From a virus: DNA of 64,000 bases. The stretch spans positions 10,524 to 74,523 of IMG/VR virus record IMGVR_UViG_3300035703_000060; one strand, written 5' to 3'. The notes below the pieces were generated by a model. That model searched no databases. It saw only the letters and a list, made by a program, of their open reading frames with translations, and was not told where the DNA came from. A program made the position numbers and the translations under genes. Shown in pieces: positions 56,976 to 64,000 of this stretch. Each line of letters opens with the position of its first letter. Within the stretch, counting starts at the first letter, position 1.

Positions 56976-57311
56976 ATGTCAACTAAATTAGCATTGTTAA
57001 AGTCTGGAGATTACATTATTTCTGACGCAAAAGAACTTGTTTCTGATGAAAAACCATGTGGATACTTGTTTTCCAATCCACATAAAGTTATTTTAAATTC
57101 TCCAGTTCTTTTAACTGAAAACATTAATGAAGATTCTGAAAATGTTGTCAGTGTAACTTTATCTCCATGGATTATTTTATCTGAAGATAAAGATGTTATT
57201 GTTACACCAGATTGGGTTATAACTGTAGTAGAACCCATTAGTTCTTTAAAAGAAATGTTTGAGGAAAAAGTAAATGGAAAAGAATGTGAAGTGTCTATTG
57301 TTGAAAGTTGA
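56976..57311 (+). CDS. Conserved hypothetical protein (possibly Sm-like)
   Basis: 'KLALLKSGDYIISD...LSPWI.LS.D...DWVITVVEP'; between hsp20 and gp43. Confidence 0.75.
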   Translation: MSTKLALLKSGDYIISDAKELVSDEKPCGYLFSNPHKVILNSPVLLTENINEDSENVVSVTLSPWIILSEDKDVIVTPDWVITVVEPISSLKEMFEEKVNGKECEVSIVES

Positions 57312-57543
57312 TACTATTTTAATAACTGAAATAATCGAAATTGATGCTGAACTTGGGGATCCAAATTGTAAATTGATTAATCCTTGTCAATGGAAAAAGA
57401 AAGAATCTTCCGAAGAGTTTTATCTTGAACCATGGATAGAAGCAACAAATCAAAAAGAACTTATGATTAGATCTGAAGATATTTTAACTATTGCAGATCC
57501 AACTCATGAAGTTATTGAAAAGTATCTTGAATTTATTAAATAA
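57274..57543 (+). CDS. Conserved hypothetical protein (possibly Sm-like)
   Basis: 'ELGDPNCKLINP', 'SEDILTIADP'; stop overlaps the gp43 start. Confidence 0.75.
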   Translation: MEKNVKCLLLKVDTILITEIIEIDAELGDPNCKLINPCQWKKKESSEEFYLEPWIEATNQKELMIRSEDILTIADPTHEVIEKYLEFIK

Positions 57544-60044
57544 TGCGTTTTTATACTAACGTTCAAATGGTCGGGGATCACTTCTTGGTCCGTGGTTATG
57601 AAAATGGTAAACATTTTATGACCCGTGAGAAGTTTAACCCGACTCTTTTTGTCCCTGCAAATAAAAAAACTAAATACCAAACTTTAAATGGTGAATATGT
57701 TGAATCAGTTCAACCTGGTTCTGTTCGTGAATGTCGTGAGTTTGTCAAGAAGTATGAAAATGTAGAAAACTTTAAAATCTTCGGAAATACTCAATACATT
57801 TATCAGTATATTTCCGACATTTACCCAGAAGAAGAACTGAAGTTTGATATTAATAAGATTAAAGTAACTACGATTGATATTGAGGTTGCATCCGAGAATG
57901 GATTTCCTGATGTGGAATCTGCCGCAGAAGAAGTTCTTTTGATTACTATTCAGGACTATTCTTCAAAGCAAATTCGCACCTGGGGAAAGGGTCCATTTCA
58001 GAACCAACAAAAAAATGTTATCTACAAATCTTTTACAACTGAATATGATCTCTTAAATGATTTTATTAATTGGTGGATGATTGAAACTAATACACCAGAA
58101 GTTGTAACTGGGTGGAATAGTAAATTGTATGATATTCCATATCTTATCCGTAGAATTGATAGGGTTCTTGGTGAAAAGTTAATGAAACGAATCTCCCCCT
58201 GGGGACTTGTAACAGAAACTGAAACTTATATTTCTGGACGTAGACATCTTTGTTATGATGTTGGAGGTATTTCACAGTTAGACTATCTCGATCTTTATAA
58301 AAAATTTACTTATAAAGCACAAGAGTCTTATCGTCTTGATTATATTGCTGAAGTAGAACTTGGTCAGAAAAAACTTGATCACTCAGAGTTTGATACGTTC
58401 AAAGACTTTTATACTAAGGGTTGGCAAAAGTTTGTAGAATACAACATTGTTGACGTAGAACTTGTTGACCGAATGGAAGACAAGATGAAGTTGATTGAAC
58501 TTGCTCTTACGATGGCATATGATGCTAAGGCGAATTATGATGATGTATTTTCACAAGTAAGAATGTGGGATACAATTATCTACAATTATCTTAAAAAAAG
58601 AAATATTGTAATTCCGCCTAAAGAAAAGTCTGATAAGGATTCTAAGTATGCTGGCGCTTATGTAAAAGAACCAATTCCTGGAATGTATGATTGGGTTGTT
58701 AATTTTGATTTAAACTCACTTTATCCTCACTTGATTATGCAGTTTAACGTAAGTCCAGAAACTCTTGTTGAAGAAAAACATCCAACAGTTACGGTTGATA
58801 AAATTCTTAATCAAGAACTTACGTTTGAACTTTATAAAGATTATGCAGTATGTCCAAATGGTGCTATGTTCCGTAAGGACGTGCGTGGTTTCTTACCTGA
58901 ACTGATGGAAAAGATTTATGAAGATCGTACAGTTTATAAAAAGAAAATGATTCTTGCAAAACAAGAATATGAAAAGAAAAAAACAAAAGAACTTGAAAAG
59001 GAAATTGCAAGATGTAACAACATTCAAATGGCACGAAAGATTCAACTCAATTCTGCCTATGGTGCTATTGGTAATCAATATTTTCGTTATTATAAATTAG
59101 AAAATGCTGAAGCAATTACTCTATCGGGTCAAGTTGCAATTCGTTGGATTGAAAATAAACTCAATCAATATTTGAATAAAATACTCAAAACTAAAGATGT
59201 AGATTATGTTATTGCTTCTGATACTGATTCTGTATATCTTAACATGGGTTCTTTGGTCGAATGTGTATACAAAGGAAGAGAGAAAACTACTGAAAGCATT
59301 GTTTCGTTCCTTGATAAGGTCTGTAAGGTGGAACTTGAAAAGTATATTGAAGGTTGCTACCAAGAACTGGCGGAGTACGTAAATGCTTATGACCAGAAGA
59401 TGCAGATGAAGCGCGAAAACATTGCTGAGCGTGGAATCTGGACTGCAAAGAAGCGTTACATTCTGAATGTTTGGGACAGTGAAGGTGTTCGCTATGAAGA
59501 ACCTAAACTTAAAATGATGGGTATTGAAGCGGTTAAATCTTCAACTCCTGCACCTTGTCGCAAGATGATTAAAGATGGTCTTAAATTGATGATGAACGGA
59601 ACTGAAGATGATGTAATTAAATTTATTGATAAATGTCGTGAAGAGTTTAAAAAACTTCCACCAGAACAAATTGCTTTTCCAAGAACTGCTTCTGATGTTC
59701 GTAAATATCATTCATCATCTGATATTTACATAAAAGGAACACCCATTCATATCAGAGGAGCATTGCTTTTTAATCATTACATAAAGGAAAAAAAATTAAG
59801 TAAAAAATATTCTCTTATAGGTAATGGTGAAAAAATTAAATTCATATATTTAAAAAAACCAAATATTATTCGTGAAAACATAATTTCTTTTATTCAGGAT
59901 TTTCCCAAAGAACTTGGTCTTGACAAGTATATTGATTATGAACTACAATTTGAAAAGAGTTTTGTTGAACCATTAAAATCGATATTAGATTCAATTGGAT
60001 GGTCTGTAGAGAAGAATGTTAATTTGGAAAGTTTTTTCTTATGA
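57543..60044 (+). CDS. gp43: Family B DNA polymerase gp43
   Basis: Exonuclease 'DIEV', 'FDLNSLYPH', 'KIQLNSAYG', 'SDTDS'; uninterrupted. Confidence 0.98.
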   Translation: MRFYTNVQMVGDHFLVRGYENGKHFMTREKFNPTLFVPANKKTKYQTLNGEYVESVQPGSVRECREFVKKYENVENFKIFGNTQYIYQYISDIYPEEELKFDINKIKVTTIDIEVASENGFPDVESAAEEVLLITIQDYSSKQIRTWGKGPFQNQQKNVIYKSFTTEYDLLNDFINWWMIETNTPEVVTGWNSKLYDIPYLIRRIDRVLGEKLMKRISPWGLVTETETYISGRRHLCYDVGGISQLDYLDLYKKFTYKAQESYRLDYIAEVELGQKKLDHSEFDTFKDFYTKGWQKFVEYNIVDVELVDRMEDKMKLIELALTMAYDAKANYDDVFSQVRMWDTIIYNYLKKRNIVIPPKEKSDKDSKYAGAYVKEPIPGMYDWVVNFDLNSLYPHLIMQFNVSPETLVEEKHPTVTVDKILNQELTFELYKDYAVCPNGAMFRKDVRGFLPELMEKIYEDRTVYKKKMILAKQEYEKKKTKELEKEIARCNNIQMARKIQLNSAYGAIGNQYFRYYKLENAEAITLSGQVAIRWIENKLNQYLNKILKTKDVDYVIASDTDSVYLNMGSLVECVYKGREKTTESIVSFLDKVCKVELEKYIEGCYQELAEYVNAYDQKMQMKRENIAERGIWTAKKRYILNVWDSEGVRYEEPKLKMMGIEAVKSSTPAPCRKMIKDGLKLMMNGTEDDVIKFIDKCREEFKKLPPEQIAFPRTASDVRKYHSSSDIYIKGTPIHIRGALLFNHYIKEKKLSKKYSLIGNGEKIKFIYLKKPNIIRENIISFIQDFPKELGLDKYIDYELQFEKSFVEPLKSILDSIGWSVEKNVNLESFFL

Positions 60045-60181
60045 TACAATTACCAATAAATGAAAGAGAGTTAGATTATATAATTAAAATATTGGAAACT
60101 CGCAATCCACAACTTTATGCTAAGTTGTGGTCACATAAATTAAACAAATTAAAGGGAGAAAAAATTAATGGACTTTCTTAA
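60041..60181 (+). CDS. 46-aa hypothetical protein (not in ORF track)
   Basis: MIQLPINERELDYIIKILETRNPQLYAKLWSHKLNKLKGEKINGLS; ATGA overlap with the gp43 stop; fills the gap to uvsX. Confidence 0.6.
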   Translation: MIQLPINERELDYIIKILETRNPQLYAKLWSHKLNKLKGEKINGLS

Positions 60182-61175
60182 GGATATTGTAAAAGAAATA
60201 GGTGGTGAGTATACACAACTTGCCTCTGATATTGATGAAACTGAGATTTATGTTGACACGGGTTCGTACATTTTTAATGCACTGGTTTCAGGTAGCATAT
60301 TTGGTGGTGTATCTGGGAATAAGATTACTGCTATTGCTGGAGAGTCTTCTACTGGAAAGACTTTTTTCTCTCTCGCTGTGGTTAAGAATTTTCTTGATAC
60401 TCACCCCGATGGGTATTGTCTCTATTTTGATACTGAGGCTGCCATTACTAAATCCCTCTTGGAGTCACGCGGCATTGACACATCACGCCTTGTCGTGGTT
60501 AATGTTGTCACCGTAGAAGAGTTTCGAGGAACGGCACTCAAGGCAGTAGACATGTATATGAAAAAACCAGAAGCAGAACGTAAACCTTGCATTTTTGTGC
60601 TAGACTCTTTGGGTATGCTTTCAACTAGTAAGGAGATCAATGATGCCCTGAATGATAAAGAAGTTCGGGACATGACAAAATCACAACTTATTAAAGGTGC
60701 ATTTCGTATGCTTACCCTTAAACTTGGACAAGCAAAAATTCCAATGATTGTGACCAATCACACTTATGATGTTATCGGTGCTTATGTTCCTACTAAGGAG
60801 ATGGGTGGTGGTAGTGGTCTTAAGTACGCCGCTTCTACTATCATATATCTCAGCAAGAAAAAGGAGAAGGATGGAACAGAAGTTGTTGGAAACATTATCA
60901 AAGCAAAGACTGCTAAGTCGCGTTTGAGTAAGGAGAATAAAGATGTGGAGGTTCGTTTGTTTTATGATGAACGCGGTCTTGATCGATATTATGGATTACT
61001 TGAACTTGGTGAAACGGCAGGGATGTGGAAAAATGTGGCAGGACGTTATGAGATTGGTGGGAAAAAACTCTATGCAAAAGAAATTCTAAAAAATCCCGAT
61101 CAGTATTTTACCGAAGAAGTAATGCAGCAACTTGATGCTGCCGCGAAACAACAATTCTCTTATGGAACGAATTGA
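60168..61175 (+). CDS. uvsX: RecA-like recombinase UvsX
   Basis: 'AGESSTGKT', 'YFDTE', 'LDSLG', 'MGGGSGLKYAAS'. Confidence 0.96.
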   Translation: MDFLKDIVKEIGGEYTQLASDIDETEIYVDTGSYIFNALVSGSIFGGVSGNKITAIAGESSTGKTFFSLAVVKNFLDTHPDGYCLYFDTEAAITKSLLESRGIDTSRLVVVNVVTVEEFRGTALKAVDMYMKKPEAERKPCIFVLDSLGMLSTSKEINDALNDKEVRDMTKSQLIKGAFRMLTLKLGQAKIPMIVTNHTYDVIGAYVPTKEMGGGSGLKYAASTIIYLSKKKEKDGTEVVGNIIKAKTAKSRLSKENKDVEVRLFYDERGLDRYYGLLELGETAGMWKNVAGRYEIGGKKLYAKEILKNPDQYFTEEVMQQLDAAAKQQFSYGTN

Positions 61176-62493
61176 GACAACTATTCTCAGAAATTTAGTA
61201 TTTAATGAAGACTACTCGCGCAAGGTCATACCTTTTATTCAACCAGATTATTTTGAGCAAAAGACCGAGAAGGTCATTTTTGAAGAGATTGTCGAATTCA
61301 TTGTTAAGTATGGTTCGGCAATTACAATCGAAGCACTTAGTATCGAAATAGAAAATCGTACAGATTTAACGGAAGAACAGGTAAAAGAAGTTAGAGAAAT
61401 TAGTAAATCTCTCAATGATTTTCCAGTAGAGAAGCAATGGTTGCTTGATACAACTGAAAAGTGGTGTCGTGATCGTGCTATTTATCTGGCACTTATGGAA
61501 TCTATTCATATTGCAGATGGAAATAATGATAAAAAGAATAGGGATGCAATTCCTAACATTCTTTCAGATGCTCTTGCAGTATCTTTTGATAATAATATTG
61601 GACATGACTATCTACAAAACTATGAAGAAAGGTATGAGTTTTACCACAGAAAAGAAGACAAAATTGAATTTGATCTTGAATACTTTAACAAAATCACGAA
61701 AGGTGGTCTCCCTAACAAAACTCTTAACATCGCTCTTGCTGGTACGGGTGTCGGGAAATCTCTATTCATGTGCCATGTGGCTAGCTCCGTCTTGCTCCAA
61801 GGACGGAACGTTCTGTACATTACGCTGGAAATGGCAGAAGAACGCATTGCTGAAAGAATTGATGCAAATCTCCTGAACGTTCCAATTCAACAGTTGGTCG
61901 AACTCCCCAGAAAAATGTTTGAAACTAAAGTTACAAACATTGCTAAAAAGACTCAAGGATCACTTATAATTAAAGAATATCCTACTGCTTCGGCACATAG
62001 TGGTCATTTTAAGGCACTTCTTAATGAACTTGCTCTCAAGAAGTCATTTAGACCTGATATTATTTTTATTGATTATCTTAATATTTGTGCTTCCAGTCGA
62101 TATAAGGGTAATAGCAACATCAATTCCTACACATTCGTAAAAGCAATCGCAGAAGAACTTCGTGGTCTTGCTGTGGAATTTAATGTTCCTATAGTCAGTG
62201 CTACCCAAACTACTCGTTCAGGGTATTGCTTGGACTTGAAAACACAAGTTCAAACACCGCAAGGTATGAAAGAACTTTCAAATATTCAAGTTGGAGATTT
62301 GGTGCTTTCTAATACTGGATATAATGAAGTTCTAAATGTCTTTCCAAAATCTAAAAAGAAATCTTATAAGATTACTTTGGAAGATGGTAAAGAAATCATT
62401 TGTAGTGAAGAACACTTGTTCCCAACTCAAAATGGTGAAGTGAATATCAAAGAGGGTTTGAAAGAAGGTATGTGTCTTTATGTAAAGGAATAG
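61162..62493 (+). CDS. gp41: Replicative helicase gp41 N-terminal fragment fused to the N-intein
   Basis: 'AGTGVGKS', 'ITLEMAE', 'IFIDYLN', 'SATQTTRSGY', then the intein from Cys. Probable start is ATG 61162. Confidence 0.95.
   Translation: MERIETTILRNLVFNEDYSRKVIPFIQPDYFEQKTEKVIFEEIVEFIVKYGSAITIEALSIEIENRTDLTEEQVKEVREISKSLNDFPVEKQWLLDTTEKWCRDRAIYLALMESIHIADGNNDKKNRDAIPNILSDALAVSFDNNIGHDYLQNYEERYEFYHRKEDKIEFDLEYFNKITKGGLPNKTLNIALAGTGVGKSLFMCHVASSVLLQGRNVLYITLEMAEERIAERIDANLLNVPIQQLVELPRKMFETKVTNIAKKTQGSLIIKEYPTASAHSGHFKALLNELALKKSFRPDIIFIDYLNICASSRYKGNSNINSYTFVKAIAEELRGLAVEFNVPIVSATQTTRSGYCLDLKTQVQTPQGMKELSNIQVGDLVLSNTGYNEVLNVFPKSKKKSYKITLEDGKEIICSEEHLFPTQNGEVNIKEGLKEGMCLYVKE
62227..62490 (+). 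mobile_element. Split intein N-fragment (88 aa, gp41-1 type)
   Basis: Block A 'CLDLKTQV', block B 'CSEEHLF', then a stop codon. Confidence 0.95.
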
Positions 62494-62498
62494 TATGT

Positions 62499-62538
62499 GT
62501 AAGTTATACTTCTTATAAATAATAGTAGTATAACTTAC
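62499..62538 (+). promoter_or_regulatory. 12-bp perfect hairpin with late promoter TATAAATA (62514-62521) in the loop
   Basis: GTAAGTTATACT / AGTATAACTTAC, ending 4 nt before the GIY-YIG ATG. Confidence 0.8.
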
Positions 62539-62542
62539 TGAT

Positions 62543-63307
62543 ATGAAAGTAAAGATTTATCTAATTACCAACACAGCAGTCAATCCACATATGTATTATG
62601 TTGGATTGACTAAAAATGAATTGGATAGAAGATTGCAAGAACATATCACTTTTGGAAGGCACGAAGGAAATAAACTTCTGTCTGATGCTATTATTGAATA
62701 TGGTAAAAGAAACTTTACTATTGAAGTGATAGAAGAAGTTGATGAAAGTGAAGCAAGAATAAAAGAAGATTATTATATTCGCAAATATAAATCTCATTAT
62801 AGAGATGGATGTGGATATAATATGAAATATGAAACTTGTAATTATGAGAAACACTATCACGGAGCAAATCAAGAACTAATAGAAGAGAATATTAGAAATG
62901 GTAGGGCGTGGAACTATGGAATAAGTTTTTCTACACAATCAAAAGAAAAAATGAGAAAAACTAAAAAACATAGATACTCTCTTGGTGTTTATAAAAAGTT
63001 CAATACAAATCACTCACAAGAAACTAAAAACAAAATCGCAGAAAGTAAAAGAGGGAAAAAACTTACAGAGGAACATAAAAATAAAATAGCAGAATGTTCT
63101 TCTGGTAGAACTTGGATACATAAAAAAGATTTAAAAGAAAGAAAATTTATCAAAAAAGAAGAAATTAATCTTTACTTATTGAATGGTTGGGAAAGTGGAA
63201 AAGGTGTTATTTGGATTAATAATGTGGTAGAATGTTTATGTGTTGATATTTGGGATTATGAAAATTATACTGAAAAAGGATTTGTTTGTGGGAGGATTAA
63301 AAAATGA
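62543..63307 (+). CDS. GIY-YIG homing endonuclease with NUMOD3-like repeats
   Basis: 'KIYLITN...YYVGLT...RRLQEH', conserved E and 'GYN', then 'HSQETKNKIAESKRGKKLTEEHKNKIA'. Confidence 0.9.
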   Translation: MKVKIYLITNTAVNPHMYYVGLTKNELDRRLQEHITFGRHEGNKLLSDAIIEYGKRNFTIEVIEEVDESEARIKEDYYIRKYKSHYRDGCGYNMKYETCNYEKHYHGANQELIEENIRNGRAWNYGISFSTQSKEKMRKTKKHRYSLGVYKKFNTNHSQETKNKIAESKRGKKLTEEHKNKIAECSSGRTWIHKKDLKERKFIKKEEINLYLLNGWESGKGVIWINNVVECLCVDIWDYENYTEKGFVCGRIKK

Positions 63308-63867
63308 CTAAAACTTATGAATATAACGAAAACCTTGCGATTACAGATGAAGACACTCATAAGGCATTAGTGTCTCATTTCAATCAAATTAAAGAATTTG
63401 TGAATAATAAAAAGTTTGAATGGGAAGATGAAGAAATTCCAGAAGAAAACTATTGTATCACTTTTGATTTTGATGAGTGGTTAGAGGATACAATTCCATA
63501 TATGAAAAAGAATTATGAATATTTTAAAGAAGAGGAACCAAAAAATCTAAAAGAGAATACGATTGATTATGTAAATCAAATCAAAGATTATATTGATGGA
63601 TTTCTTTTGGGTCCAACTGCTCTTTATAACCGAAAGAGTATTGAAGCAAAAACTCATAAAGTTGCGGGTAAGAACTTTGATGAGATTGTGAAGTTTGTGA
63701 AGGAACTCAAAGAAAATAACAAGACGGTTTTTCTTTATGAGATTTCTTATACTCCTGAAAGAACAGAAACATTAGTTGTTGAAAAGAAACACGGAAGTAC
63801 AAATTATACTGAAACTTATCCCCAATCAGTTGCTTTTTATAAACTTCGTTATGCTATTTTGAATTGA
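63304..63867 (+). CDS. Hypothetical protein inside the split gp41 locus
   Basis: 187 aa, acidic; ATGA overlap with the endonuclease stop; ends 2 nt before the C-intein ATG. Confidence 0.75.
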   Translation: MTKTYEYNENLAITDEDTHKALVSHFNQIKEFVNNKKFEWEDEEIPEENYCITFDFDEWLEDTIPYMKKNYEYFKEEEPKNLKENTIDYVNQIKDYIDGFLLGPTALYNRKSIEAKTHKVAGKNFDEIVKFVKELKENNKTVFLYEISYTPERTETLVVEKKHGSTNYTETYPQSVAFYKLRYAILN

Positions 63868-63869
63868 AA

Positions 63870-63980
63870 ATGTTATTGAAAAAAATTCTAAAAATTGAAG
63901 AACTTGACGAAAGAGAACTTATAGATATTGAAGTGTCTGGAAATCATTTGTTTTATGCGAATGATATTCTCACACATAAT
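63870..63980 (+). mobile_element. Split intein C-fragment (37 aa)
   Basis: Block F 'IDIEVSGNHLFYAN', block G 'ILTHN', and +1 Ser nucleophile. Confidence 0.95.
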
Positions 63981-64000
63981 AGTAGTTCTGATGTTGAACT
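63870..64000 (+). CDS. gp41: C-intein fused to the gp41 C-terminal fragment (3'-truncated; not in ORF track)
   Basis: MLLKKILKIEELDERELIDIEVSGNHLFYANDILTHN|SSSDVE..., open to the window end. Confidence 0.95.
   Translation, partial: MLLKKILKIEELDERELIDIEVSGNHLFYANDILTHNSSSDVE

Noticed and set aside
57543-60044. Intein or split in gp43, gp17 or uvsX
   Set aside because: All have normal length and continuous motifs, with no Cys...His-Asn intein blocks seen.
62494-63869. Group I intron as the explanation for the gp41 interruption
   Set aside because: Only about 50 nt is non-coding, too little for a ribozyme core, and complete N- and C-intein motifs explain the break.
1-64000. CRISPR arrays, tRNA or rRNA genes, transposases, reverse transcriptase/DGR
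   Set aside because: No spaced direct repeats, cloverleaf-like intergenic segments or corresponding protein motifs were seen by eye, and intergenic gaps are mostly under 130 nt. A tRNAscan/Infernal run would be the proper check.

Overview
A 64-kb, AT-rich segment of a T4-like myovirus genome, most likely a cyanomyovirus (inferred from gene order, the cobS-like/VWA pair, hsp20 and an NblA-like ORF). Essentially all real genes are on the + strand. It runs from the baseplate (5'-truncated gp7-like, gp8, VrlC-like) through neck, terminase, tail and head genes (gp13-gp23, gp3), then recombination and transcription (uvsY, uvsW, gp55, gp47, gp46) and replication (gp45, gp44, gp62, regA, hsp20, gp43, uvsX, gp41). 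Highlights: (1) gp41 helicase is fractured by a naturally split intein of the gp41-1 type, with a GIY-YIG endonuclease and an orphan ORF between the halves; the C-half starts at 63870 and is absent from the ORF track. (2) Several late-promoter-driven accessory genes look like a modular capsid-cargo system: T4-type capsid targeting leaders (one on an RlpA-like lytic transglycosylase), polyprotein-like ORFs punctuated by hydrophobic-x-Glu sites, and shared modules with identical DNA. (3) Both free-standing endonuclease genes have a late promoter in the loop of an upstream hairpin. (4) An unannotated 54-aa NblA-like ORF, a palindromic promoter element, an antisense promoter near gp55 and a candidate small RNA after hsp20. 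All protein calls come from motif recognition and synteny; no database searches were run.
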